64,000 bases of DNA from Candidatus Latescibacterota bacterium (lineage in GTDB: Bacteria > Latescibacterota > UBA2968): positions 2,432,001 through 2,496,000 of the forward strand of contig OZ241986.1 in assembly GCA_965204375.1 (NCBI GenBank), read 5' to 3'. Position numbers and translations under genes: made by a program. The notes below the pieces were generated by a model. That model saw only the letters and a list, made by a program, of their open reading frames with translations. It searched no databases and was not told the origin of the DNA. Within the stretch, counting starts at the first letter, position 1; every line of letters begins with the position of its first letter. Below are positions 49,539 through 59,270 of this stretch, one piece after another.

Positions 49539-49978
49539 ATCTCTGAGTCAATCATCAATGTAACGGGGCCAGTGTTGTGAATTTCAACCTGCATGTACGC
49601 GCCAAAAACGCCGGTTTCAGTGTGAATGCCAAAGGTGCAGAGGCACTGGACAAATTGCTCGTACATGGATTTGGCAATATCTGGTGGAGCAGCCCGATTA
49701 AAACTCGGACGGCGGCCTTTGCGGGTATCGGCGTGCAGGGTAAATTGAGAAACCACCAGCGCCTGCCCACCCGTATCGAGCAGAGATCTGTTCATTTTGC
49801 CCTGATCGTCTTCAAAAATTCTCAAATTTACACATTTCTCGGCAACATATTCCATATCTGAAAGACCATCGGTATCGCTAATACCCAGCAAAATCAAAAG
49901 ACCGCGATCAATTTGACCAACGACTTGTTCTTCAACGCGAACCGTTGCCCTGCATACCCGCTGAATCAATGCCCGCAC
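49535..49978 (-). CDS. dtd: D-aminoacyl-tRNA deacylase
   Basis: RALIQRV, LRIF, SQFTL, GRRPSF, N.GPVT; GTG start after GGAGG. Confidence 0.95.
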   Translation of the reverse strand: MRALIQRVCRATVRVEEQVVGQIDRGLLILLGISDTDGLSDMEYVAEKCVNLRIFEDDQGKMNRSLLDTGGQALVVSQFTLHADTRKGRRPSFNRAAPPDIAKSMYEQFVQCLCTFGIHTETGVFGAYMQVEIHNTGPVTLMIDSEI

Positions 49979-50012
49979 GCTACCCTCCAATGCTAAAAAC
50001 GCCTATACCATT

Positions 50013-50149
50013 TATAACCTATTTGTGGCATGTGTGCAAGGCGAAAGATATAAGAGACGCGGCAAAACAGGTTGGCACCATCCCGGCGCAATCGCAAATA
50101 ACAGGAACAAAATGAGCCAAACTACTTGTATTTTATTGAAGATATTCGT
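50013..50149 (-). pseudogene. Degenerate, internally deleted duplicate of the lptD locus
   Basis: 50059-50149 matches lptD 62741-62831 (about 80/91 nt, ATG changed to ACG); 50013-50049 matches the lptD downstream region 60442-60478 (29/37). Confidence 0.85.
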
Positions 50150-50288
50150 ATTTTCGTACTGGTTATAAACCGCAATTTTCGACGAAGATCCGCACGAATG
50201 AGAGTTCATGGGAGCATCTGGTCCATCTCGGTCCTGCCCGCAGGACTACGGATGATTCCCATCAGCCTGTACTGAAAAGAGAAAAGAG

Positions 50289-51485
50289 ATGAATCGAGGA
50301 AAAAGCTTACTCACGGCTGGTGCCATCCTTCTCATATCCTTGATTGTTGCCTACCTTATGGTCTGGCTTAAGCCCGAGCCGGAAATCCGATCGCTTACTT
50401 CCCGGGCACCTTTCGCAATCACGGCCCCCGCAGTGGTCGGCACCGGTGCAATTCCCGTGTACGGTGCAGGGACAGTTCGACCTGTTGCAAAGATAGATGT
50501 CGCTGCCGAAATCAATGGCAAGGTTATTTGGGTAGATCCGGCCTTTCAGAGTGGCGGACGAGTCCGAAAAGGGCAGGTTCTCTTCCGCATTGATGACGCC
50601 GACTACCGCAACAGAGTACAGCAAGCGCGTGCCAACGTGGCCGCGCAGCATGTCGCACTCCTCCGGGCGCGTGAAGAAGCCCAGATCGCACGCGCTGAGT
50701 ACGCGCAATTCAGACGTGACCAAACGGACATAGCCGAAGCCAATCCCCTTGCGCTGTGGGAGCCTCAGATCGAGGCAGCTCGAGCCGCGGTGGCCAGAGA
50801 TAGTGCGGTGCTCGCCGATGCCGAGTTGGCCTTGGCACGCACAAAAGTCCATGCACCCTTCAGAGGCGTCGTGCAGGCAGAATCAATAGATATGGGGCAG
50901 TTCGTGGTGGCTGGGCAGAGTGTAGGACGACTTTACGCGACCGATGCAGTAGAGGTGGTGGTTCCCCTCTCCGATGCCAACGCGGTTCTCATCCCAGGCC
51001 TCTGGGAGCTAAAAGCGGGCGACGGAGATAGGCAGGTCAGGGCCCGTGTCATCGCTGAATACGGCGATGGAAGCTACGCCTGGGAGGGCTATGTAGATCG
51101 AGCAGAAGCATCCCTGGACGAACAGACGCGGACTATTGACGTCATCGTGCGCGTTCCGAATCCCTTTGCGAGCGGCACCCGAGTTGAGGCGGCAGGCGTG
51201 GATCCTGGCCCGCCCCTTCTCGTGGGCAAGTTTGTGGAAGTGCAAATTGAGGGAATCACCCCAGATCGGTACTTCATCCTGCGGCGGTCAGCACTCAGGC
51301 CGGGCAACGAGATTTGGGCAGTACGCGATGACACGCGATTGACCATCGTCCCGGTGCGCGTCCTTCAGCGTTCCGATGATCAGGTGTTCGTAACCGGCAC
51401 TCTGAAAGCCGAGCAGGCGGTCGTCATAGGCGGGATTCAAGTCGCAACCGAAGGCATGGCTGTGCGGATCGGAGGTGATCCATGA
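50289..51485 (+). CDS. RND efflux periplasmic adaptor subunit
   Basis: N-terminal anchor, lipoyl half-motifs (GRVRKGQVLFRID, APFRGVV), coiled-coil hairpin, D..TRT. Confidence 0.9.
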   Translation: MNRGKSLLTAGAILLISLIVAYLMVWLKPEPEIRSLTSRAPFAITAPAVVGTGAIPVYGAGTVRPVAKIDVAAEINGKVIWVDPAFQSGGRVRKGQVLFRIDDADYRNRVQQARANVAAQHVALLRAREEAQIARAEYAQFRRDQTDIAEANPLALWEPQIEAARAAVARDSAVLADAELALARTKVHAPFRGVVQAESIDMGQFVVAGQSVGRLYATDAVEVVVPLSDANAVLIPGLWELKAGDGDRQVRARVIAEYGDGSYAWEGYVDRAEASLDEQTRTIDVIVRVPNPFASGTRVEAAGVDPGPPLLVGKFVEVQIEGITPDRYFILRRSALRPGNEIWAVRDDTRLTIVPVRVLQRSDDQVFVTGTLKAEQAVVIGGIQVATEGMAVRIGGDP

Positions 51486-54400
51486 ACCGAGAAGATGGTT
51501 CCGCACGGGAACGCCCCGGACCGATAGCTTACATGGCGAGCAACAGTGTAGCCGCCAATCTATTGATGTGGGCGATCATCGCCGCCGGGCTGGTGTCGCT
51601 GACCGGTCTCGATCGGGAAGCCTGGCCCACCACCCCTTTCTACCATATCGAAGTCTCCATGGCCTATCCCGGTGCCACACCGGAGGAGATCGAGGAGTCG
51701 ATCGTCGTCAAGATCGAGGATCAGGTCAGCGGGCTCGATGACGTGAAGGCGGTCAAGTCCGTTGCGGCCCCGGGCATGGCCTCCGTGCGGGTTCAAATGG
51801 ATTTCGATACGGACATGGCTCGGGCCTTGGACGATATCGAGTCTGCTGTCAATCGCATACAGTCCTTCCCGGCCGGTGCCGAACGTCCACGGTTCCGGGA
51901 GATGAACAACCGCCTGAGCATGATGCGGCTCATCGTCCACGGCGCCGTCTCCGAGCGCGCGCTGAAGGAACTGGCGTACCAGATCGAGGACGACCTCACG
52001 ACGCTCCCCTCCGTGTCCCAAGTCGAGGTCAGCGGTATTCGGAAATACGAGATATCTATCGAAGTACCGCTTCATCGCCTGAGAGCACTTGGACTCACCC
52101 TCACCGACATCGCCAACACGATTCGTCGCAGTTCCCTGGAACTGTCCGCTGGCAGCATCGATACCCGGGAATCCCAGGTGAGGGTCCGCACCCTCGGACA
52201 GAACTACGACCAGCAGGATTTCGAGGAAATCGTCCTTCTCAGCGGTCGTGACGGCACGGTCCTGCGCCTTGGAGATATCGCCGAGGTCCGCGACGGCTTT
52301 CAGGAAACCGACCTGATTGTGCGGCACCAGAACCAGCCCGCTGTATTCGTCGAGGTCTATCGCGCCGATGGCGAGCAAGTAATGGATGTCGCCACCACCG
52401 TCCGAGAACACCTGGCTAACGAAGTGATCCCGTCCCTGCCCGACGGAGTGGGCATCACCATGTGGAATGACGAATCCCAAGTCTATGAGGAACGCGCCGA
52501 TCTTCTCCTCAAGAACGGTATCCTGGGCCTGTTGCTGGTGCTGATCTCCCTCAGCTTGTTTCTCGAAATCCGGCTCGCGCTTTGGGTCGCCGTGGGCCTC
52601 GCCGTTTCGGGTATCGGTGCCCTCGCCATCATGATGGCATTCGACGTGGCGATCAACACCATCAGCCTTTTCTCCTTTGTCCTCGCCATAGGAATCATCG
52701 TCGACGATGCCATCGTCGTGGCCGAGCACATCCACTACGAACGCAAGCGGGGAACACCCGGAGTCACGGCCGCGATCCGCGGCGTACGGCGGATCAAAGT
52801 GCCGTTGACCTTCGCAGTTCTGACGTCGGTGGTGGCCTTCGTCCCGCTGCTGTTCATCCCCGGCGGCGTAGGTGAGGTGTGGCGGGCCCTGCCGATCATC
52901 ATGATCGCCATGCTGCTGGTTTCCCTGGTCGAATCGCTGCTGGTGCTGCCCAACCACCTGTCCCACCTGCACGGCCCGGAGTGGGTGCCGGCCAATGCCT
53001 TCGACCGGTTCTTCGCACGGCTCCAGGGGCGCGTGGACGAGCTGCTGAACAGATTCGTGCAAGGGCCTCTGGACCGGGCCCTGCGGTTCGCGACGGATCA
53101 GCCCGGGGTGACGATGGCGGGGGCCGCGGGAATGCTCGTGTTGAGCATCTCCCTGTTGCCCGCGGGGATCGTTCCTACCACGCTGGCCGCTGATGTGGAG
53201 GGGGATATCGCGACGGTCGTCCTGGAGATGCCCGATGGGACGACCGCTTTGAGGACGTACGAAGTGGCGCAGGAACTGGAGGCCGCAGGCCACCGGGTCA
53301 TCGAACGACTCTCGCGCAACCGGCCCGCAGACGCGCCACGGCTGCTGACCGGCGTAACAGTGACCGTCGGACAGGGCTCGAGACTCGAGGGCGGGCTCAA
53401 TCCGGAGCCTACCCTCAATCCGGAAGCCAATATCGCCACCATCGAGTTCAAACTCCTGAGCGCCCAACAGAGAGAGATCTCCACCGGAGAGGTCGTGCAG
53501 GCATGGCGCGAGGAGGTGGGTGTGCTGCCCTATGTGCGCGGTATCACCTTCAGCGGCGCGGTCTTCGACCTGGGCAACCCGGTGGAGGCCGTGTTGTCGC
53601 ATCCTGACCCGAAGCTGCTCGCCCGGATTGCAGACTCTGTGGTCGATGGACTCCGAGGAGTGGGAGGCGTCTACGACGTACGCTCGGATCACGCTCCAGG
53701 CATCCCGGAAATTCAGCTCGAGTTGCAGCCGGAAGCGCGAACCCTTGATCTCACACTTGACGACCTGGCCGGGCAGGCACGCGCCGCGTTCTTCGGCGCT
53801 GAGGCGGTCCGGGTGCAGCGCGGCCGGGAAGAGGTCCGGGTCTATGTGCGCCTGCCCGCCGATGAGCGGAATTCCATTACCGATGTCGAAGGTTATCACA
53901 TCCGCACCCCGGGCGGGGCCGAAGTCCCGGTCATGAGTGTGGCTTCGCTGAACCCAGGCGTGTCGCCGCCGGCCATCCGGCGCAAGGACGGCCAGCGCGT
54001 CGTCACGGTCACGGCGGACGTGGACGCTGCGGTGATTTCCGGTGACGAAGCCAACGACATCCTGGCCAATTCGATCCTCGCGGACCTGACCGCCTTGCAC
54101 CCTGGCCTGACATACAGCTTCGGAGGGGAACAACAACAGCAACTCGAATCCCTGGATGCGCTGTACCGCGGGTTCGCGGTCGCCCTGATCATGATTTTCG
54201 CGCTGCTTGCCATCCCTCTCCGCTCATATACCAAACCGTTCATTATTATGGCCGTCATCCCTTTCGGGTTCATCGGGGTGATCCTGGGTCACTGGGTCCT
54301 CGGAGTAGCCCTGAGCGCGGTATCCTTCATGGGCATCTTCGGCCTGAGCGGGGTGGTTGTGAACGATTCCCTGGTCATGATCGATTTCATCGATCAGAAA

Positions 54401-54676
54401 CTCAGGGATGGCGCCCCGGTGCGAACTGCGATCATAGAGGGTGCCAAAGGGCGTTTCCGTCCGATCATGCTCACTTCTGTGACGACTTTCCTCGGCTTCA
54501 CGCCCCTCATTCTGGAACGCGCCATTCAGGCCCAGTTCCTGATCCCCTTTGCCGCATCGCTCGGCTGCGGCATTCTCTTTGTCACGGCCATACTTATGAT
54601 GGTCGTTCCCGCTCTTTCCACCATCCATCTGCGTCTGACTGCGTCGCGGGGCCGTTCCGGCGCCGGTACCGCGTAA
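51482..54676 (+). CDS. RND efflux permease (AcrB/AcrD/AcrF family)
   Basis: YPGATPEEIE, IGIIVDDAIVV.E, RFRPIMLTS.TT; 1064 aa. Confidence 0.93.
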   Translation: MNREDGSARERPGPIAYMASNSVAANLLMWAIIAAGLVSLTGLDREAWPTTPFYHIEVSMAYPGATPEEIEESIVVKIEDQVSGLDDVKAVKSVAAPGMASVRVQMDFDTDMARALDDIESAVNRIQSFPAGAERPRFREMNNRLSMMRLIVHGAVSERALKELAYQIEDDLTTLPSVSQVEVSGIRKYEISIEVPLHRLRALGLTLTDIANTIRRSSLELSAGSIDTRESQVRVRTLGQNYDQQDFEEIVLLSGRDGTVLRLGDIAEVRDGFQETDLIVRHQNQPAVFVEVYRADGEQVMDVATTVREHLANEVIPSLPDGVGITMWNDESQVYEERADLLLKNGILGLLLVLISLSLFLEIRLALWVAVGLAVSGIGALAIMMAFDVAINTISLFSFVLAIGIIVDDAIVVAEHIHYERKRGTPGVTAAIRGVRRIKVPLTFAVLTSVVAFVPLLFIPGGVGEVWRALPIIMIAMLLVSLVESLLVLPNHLSHLHGPEWVPANAFDRFFARLQGRVDELLNRFVQGPLDRALRFATDQPGVTMAGAAGMLVLSISLLPAGIVPTTLAADVEGDIATVVLEMPDGTTALRTYEVAQELEAAGHRVIERLSRNRPADAPRLLTGVTVTVGQGSRLEGGLNPEPTLNPEANIATIEFKLLSAQQREISTGEVVQAWREEVGVLPYVRGITFSGAVFDLGNPVEAVLSHPDPKLLARIADSVVDGLRGVGGVYDVRSDHAPGIPEIQLELQPEARTLDLTLDDLAGQARAAFFGAEAVRVQRGREEVRVYVRLPADERNSITDVEGYHIRTPGGAEVPVMSVASLNPGVSPPAIRRKDGQRVVTVTADVDAAVISGDEANDILANSILADLTALHPGLTYSFGGEQQQQLESLDALYRGFAVALIMIFALLAIPLRSYTKPFIIMAVIPFGFIGVILGHWVLGVALSAVSFMGIFGLSGVVVNDSLVMIDFIDQKLRDGAPVRTAIIEGAKGRFRPIMLTSVTTFLGFTPLILERAIQAQFLIPFAASLGCGILFVTAILMMVVPALSTIHLRLTASRGRSGAGTA

Positions 54677-54707
54677 TGCACTTCATGATGCAGGGAGGCG
54701 AAAACCG

Positions 54708-56735
54708 ATGGCTGATACTACCGAGGGTTTGACGACCCAACCGCTGACTTTGACTCAAGAACTCATCCTGATGCTCCTCAACGAGGAGACTGGCTACTTT
54801 CACCAGGTACCCGGCTGGCATTTGAACTGCGCCGTGGTCGGTGCGGTGCTCGCGGAGCTTTCACTCAGATCTCGCATCGACACGGACATGGAATCCCTGT
54901 TCCTTGTGGACGAGTCGGAAACCGGCAACCCTGCCCTGGACCCCATTCTGAAAGAAATTGCAGCCGAATCTGGTCAACGGGACGCCCAGTACTGGATTGA
55001 ACGGCTCGCTCCCCGTGCGGAGTCGATCATTGATTCGGTTCTGGATCGCCTGGTTGACCTGAAAATCCTGGAATACCACGACGGCGAATTCTGGACGCTG
55101 GCTCCTACCGCTTGGCGTGGGGAACTGTACGGCAAGTCGGAAGAGGGCACTGCAGGCCAATTCATAAGAACGCGGATCAGCAGGGTCATCTTCACCGACG
55201 AGATTCCCGATCCGAGAGATGTCATCATCATCTGCCTCATCAATACCTGCGACGTCTTTCGTTTCATATTCCAGCTGGATGAGGAGGCCGAGAAGCGCAT
55301 CGAGTTCATCTGCAAGATGGACCTGATCGGCCGCTCCCTGGCCGCTGCGGTCTCTCAGAACCTCGCCGGCCCGGCCCTTCGACGTCCTGCCCTTACCAGG
55401 AAGATTCCGACGGTTTCGCTGCCCAAGCTGCTGCTGAACCCGCACATTCGAGACGGCAACCTGAACGCGCTCTTCGGGAACCTTGCGGAGGAGTACGGTC
55501 CGGTGTTCCAGATCCGCCCTCCCTTCTCGTCGCCCATGATCTTCCTGGCCGGACTCGAGACGAATCGCTGGGTGCACAAACGCGGGCGCATGTACCTGAG
55601 AACGAGGGACTACTTCAGCGACTTCGAGAAGGTCTACGGTGCGTCCGGCGTCCTGCCCGCCCTGGACGGTGCCGATCACTTCCGGCTTCGCAAGTCCTTG
55701 TCGCCGGCCTATTCTGCCGGGAGGCTGGGAGGGCAGCTAGATCAGCTCTACAATCAGGGGCGCAAGTACATGGCGAGCTTGACGGTTGGGGACTCCTACC
55801 GCGCCACGTCCATGTGCCGGGAGATGGTGAACGCCCAGCTCTCGCCACTGTTCATCAGCGTCGATACCCAGGACCTCATGGACGACCTGATGAAGTACAA
55901 GGAACGGGCCCTCAGCGTGCACATCGCCAAGCTCCTGCCCGGATTCACACTGAACACCCCGGGCATGAGACGCCGGGCGAAAGCCCTGGATACACTGATG
56001 CAGCGGGTCCAGGACATCCATACCCCTGCCCAACGGGCGGACAGCCCGCGGGACCTGGTGGACGATTACCTCAGTCTGCACGCGAGCGACCCGCAGTTTC
56101 TCCCGGAGTCCAACCTACTGTTCGCCTTTTCCGCGGCCTTGATTGCCAGCGTGTACCTCGGCGATACGTTCAGCCTCATAGTCTACGCCATGGCGTCGCA
56201 GCCCGACCTCTACGCCAGAATCCAAGCCGAAGCAGATGCCTTGTTCGCCAAGGGCGACCCTGAAAGAGAGGACTTCACCCCCGCCAACATCGACGTGACG
56301 CACCGCTTCCTCATGGAGTGCCTGCGCATGTACCCGATCGTCTCCATGTCCATTCGGAACGTGATGAATACGTGCGTGGTCGAGGACTACGAGTTGCCCG
56401 TGGGGGAACGGGTCCACATTGCCATGACCGCCACGCATTACATGAGCGAGGTCTTTCCCGACCCCTACAAGTTCGACATTGACCGCTACCTGCCGCCGCG
56501 CCATGAGCATCGCAGCCCCGGGTACGCCCCGTACGGGCTGGGTACGCACAAGTGTCTCGGCACCCGGTGGATGGAGTTGCACCTGGCGGCCAACTTGCTG
56601 ATGCTGGCGCACTATTTCAAGATTGAGGTGTCGCCGGCGAAGTACAAGCTCCGTTTCAGTCCATTTCCGTCACTGAAACCGAGCAAGAAGCTGAAGTTCC
56701 GCATCACCGAGCAGAGACGGGAGTTGTTCGCCTGA
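54708..56735 (+). CDS. GPP34/GOLPH3-domain cytochrome P450 fusion
   Basis: N-terminal ~220 aa: LTLTQELILMLL...GAVLAELSLRSRI...DPRD (GPP34-like). C-terminal P450: ECLR (ExxR), F.DPYKFDIDRY, heme YGLGTHKCLG. Confidence 0.8.
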   Translation: MADTTEGLTTQPLTLTQELILMLLNEETGYFHQVPGWHLNCAVVGAVLAELSLRSRIDTDMESLFLVDESETGNPALDPILKEIAAESGQRDAQYWIERLAPRAESIIDSVLDRLVDLKILEYHDGEFWTLAPTAWRGELYGKSEEGTAGQFIRTRISRVIFTDEIPDPRDVIIICLINTCDVFRFIFQLDEEAEKRIEFICKMDLIGRSLAAAVSQNLAGPALRRPALTRKIPTVSLPKLLLNPHIRDGNLNALFGNLAEEYGPVFQIRPPFSSPMIFLAGLETNRWVHKRGRMYLRTRDYFSDFEKVYGASGVLPALDGADHFRLRKSLSPAYSAGRLGGQLDQLYNQGRKYMASLTVGDSYRATSMCREMVNAQLSPLFISVDTQDLMDDLMKYKERALSVHIAKLLPGFTLNTPGMRRRAKALDTLMQRVQDIHTPAQRADSPRDLVDDYLSLHASDPQFLPESNLLFAFSAALIASVYLGDTFSLIVYAMASQPDLYARIQAEADALFAKGDPEREDFTPANIDVTHRFLMECLRMYPIVSMSIRNVMNTCVVEDYELPVGERVHIAMTATHYMSEVFPDPYKFDIDRYLPPRHEHRSPGYAPYGLGTHKCLGTRWMELHLAANLLMLAHYFKIEVSPAKYKLRFSPFPSLKPSKKLKFRITEQRRELFA

Positions 56736-56773
56736 CGACATGGCTCCTTGTGGGGCCAGGAGGGAACCACCAA

Positions 56774-57805
56774 ATGCGACTGGGCAAACTATCGAGAGAG
56801 CTGAGAGACGCGTACCGGGGATCGCGCGTCGCACGTCGGGTGCAGCACTTTGACGGCTGGCTGCGACGGGCGGCGGAGTCCGGTGGCGCGGGCGGGTACG
56901 ATCACACTGAAACTGTGAAAGACTATTACGACCTTTGCAGCGGGTTCATGGTGTGGGGCTGGGGCGAGTCCCTGCACTTCGCGCCCCTCACGCCTCATGA
57001 GAGCCTGGAGGAATCCAAGGTCCGGCATCAGCGGGTGATGATCTCCAAGCTGAAGTTGCAACAGGGTATGACGGTGGTCGACGTTGGTTGTGGAGTCGGC
57101 GGCCCCATGCGCCGCGTCGTCCGTGAGGCTGGTGTCAGGGTTGTAGGAATCAACATCAATGAGATCCAGTTGGAACAGGCGAAAAGGTTGAACGCCGAGG
57201 CAGGGCTCGACCACATGGTCGATTTCGAGACGTGCAGCTTCATGGACATGGACACCATCGAGGACGACACCTTCGACCGGGGTTATGCCATAGAGTCAAC
57301 GTGTCATGCGCCGGACAAGCAACGCTCCTTCGCGGAGATATTCCGCGTACTGAAACCCGGTGCCCTGTTCTGGGGGCAGGAAATGTGTCTGACGGGCCTG
57401 TTCAATCCGAAGGACTACCGGCACCGGGCCATCAAGCAGGATCTCATGCGCGGCATTGCGCTGAACGACATCGCCACCTTCGGGGAAGTGAATCACGCGC
57501 TCGAAGCCGCGGGATTCCACGTCATGGAAGGGATGGACCGGGACGTCCAGAAAGGACCCTCCACACCCTGGTATCACCCCATGAAGAGTCGCCACGGGAC
57601 CTTGGGCAACGCCTTGCGCAGGCTTCCCTGGGGCCGCAAAGCGGTCATCGCAGGATCGAAGCTGGCTGAAGTACTGCGGCTGTTTCCGAAGGGCTCCGCG
57701 GAAGTCGTCCGACTTCTGGACCGGACCGCGGAGGCTTATATCGCAGGCGGCAAGGCGGGTATCTTCACGCCGCTGTACTGTTTCTTAGCTCGTAAGCCTC
57801 TTTAG
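56774..57805 (+). CDS. Sterol C24-methyltransferase-like (SMT/ERG6 family)
   Basis: YYD...WGWGESLHFAP, DVGCGVGGP, YAIESTCHAP, LKPG, C-terminal GIFTPLY...RKP; ATG 56774 after GGAGGG. Confidence 0.85.
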   Translation: MRLGKLSRELRDAYRGSRVARRVQHFDGWLRRAAESGGAGGYDHTETVKDYYDLCSGFMVWGWGESLHFAPLTPHESLEESKVRHQRVMISKLKLQQGMTVVDVGCGVGGPMRRVVREAGVRVVGININEIQLEQAKRLNAEAGLDHMVDFETCSFMDMDTIEDDTFDRGYAIESTCHAPDKQRSFAEIFRVLKPGALFWGQEMCLTGLFNPKDYRHRAIKQDLMRGIALNDIATFGEVNHALEAAGFHVMEGMDRDVQKGPSTPWYHPMKSRHGTLGNALRRLPWGRKAVIAGSKLAEVLRLFPKGSAEVVRLLDRTAEAYIAGGKAGIFTPLYCFLARKPL

Positions 57806-57857
57806 GTCCGGGTGATGGTTTCTGACGCGCCGCTGTCCCCGGTTGCCGTTTGCGAGG

Positions 57858-59222
57858 TCAGCCCCGTGCTCTCTTGAACCGGCAGCCGTACATGATGCGC
57901 CCGTAGTGGTTGAACGAACGCTTTGCTACGGGATCGTCGAAGTGGTAATCCGTTCCGATCTGTCTTGCGGCGGCGAGCCCGGTGATGAGGCAGGTTTCCT
58001 GACTGTTGATCAGCGTGTGAGCGCCGCAGTACCACGTTCGTCTCTTTCCCTGAATGAATCGGAACAAGTTGACGAGCAATGCAACCTGACGCACGTCATG
58101 GACAATGTGTTGAAACCGCTGCTTCTTGATGATCTTTCGTTCTTCAATAGGGCTTACCGCGTTGTAAGTTACCAGACAAGGCTTGTCAGACCGATTAGCC
58201 CAGGGCTGCTGGTTGTGCATGATGTACGTGATTTCATAATTGTCCGGCCTCGCACCGTACAGTTCGATATGATTGCTCCGCGTTGCCAGCGGCTTCACTT
58301 CGTTGTGGGGAAGGACTGAGGAGTCCCAGTGGGCGACCGCAAGCTGGTGGGTGTCGCGGTCGTAACGTATCGACGAGAGAATATAGCGTTCAAGCCTGGT
58401 GGGTCTGTCGAGAATCTTAAGCGTCTGGTCCGCATTGCATGCAAAAACCACCTCGTCAAACGTCTCCCGCACACCGTCTTCATCCTCGACCACGACACAG
58501 GATGCCCGCCGATACACCTTTGATACAGGCCGGTTGAGATAGATATTGTCCTGAAAGTTGGCCGACAGGTTCTCGTAGATGCGCCGTGTTCCCTGGTCCC
58601 ACGTCCACATGGATGTAGCTGTTTCGATGTCGAAGAATTCGAGATACCTCGAAAAGAGTGCTGCAGGCAGATCGAATACGTTCGTTGCCAGAACGAAATT
58701 GAGGAACATGGGTTTCAGAATCTTGTACCTGAAGTCTCCGGAAAATCTTCCCAGATTCAGGACAGTCCCCATGCTGATGTAATTGAACGGGTTGAGAGCG
58801 TTCAGCAATCTGGACTGGGAACGGCTCAGCCAACCAAACCAATGCAGATGCCTCAAGACTCGTTGGAACTTCGCAATCTCGGACTGTAACTGCTCCTTGA
58901 TATCGGAATCGAAATCGTGAGCGTAAACACCGTCCCTATACTTCACGCTGTAGCTGAATCTGGTGTCGATCAGCTTGATGCCGAACTTCTCCATTAACAG
59001 CAGGATGTGGTTATAGACCGATGGGATACAAGCGGTGACGGAGATGTCGAAGGGAATCGAACTGCCGTCATCTTGAGGCATATCGACAGTAACAGCATTC
59101 CCGCCAATCTGTCCCTGGGCCTCGAACAGCCGAAAATCAAATCGGTCCGGGTGATGATGGAGTGCCCATGCGGCCCCCAGCCCTGAAACGCCTCCACCAA
59201 CAATGGCAATTCGCCGTGGCAT
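57858..59222 (-). CDS. FAD-dependent oxidoreductase (amine-oxidase-like, of the type found beside cyclopropane fatty-acid synthases)
   Basis: IVGGGVSGL, FEA...IGGNA.TV, TY.M..Q, IQGKRRTWYCGA.....E..L.TG. Confidence 0.75.
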   Translation of the reverse strand: MPRRIAIVGGGVSGLGAAWALHHHPDRFDFRLFEAQGQIGGNAVTVDMPQDDGSSIPFDISVTACIPSVYNHILLLMEKFGIKLIDTRFSYSVKYRDGVYAHDFDSDIKEQLQSEIAKFQRVLRHLHWFGWLSRSQSRLLNALNPFNYISMGTVLNLGRFSGDFRYKILKPMFLNFVLATNVFDLPAALFSRYLEFFDIETATSMWTWDQGTRRIYENLSANFQDNIYLNRPVSKVYRRASCVVVEDEDGVRETFDEVVFACNADQTLKILDRPTRLERYILSSIRYDRDTHQLAVAHWDSSVLPHNEVKPLATRSNHIELYGARPDNYEITYIMHNQQPWANRSDKPCLVTYNAVSPIEERKIIKKQRFQHIVHDVRQVALLVNLFRFIQGKRRTWYCGAHTLINSQETCLITGLAAARQIGTDYHFDDPVAKRSFNHYGRIMYGCRFKRARG

Positions 59223-59270
59223 TATCTCTGCCTCCCTGTTGCTTTGGTGTTTGGTGGTGCTTCGAAAATC

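Noticed and set aside
50012-50209. 65-aa ORF with a signal-peptide-like segment
   Set aside because: It is the decayed duplicate of the lptD 5' end, not an independent gene.
51560-54142. 860-aa antisense ORF
   Set aside because: Shadow of the GC-rich RND permease on the opposite strand; no recognisable motifs.
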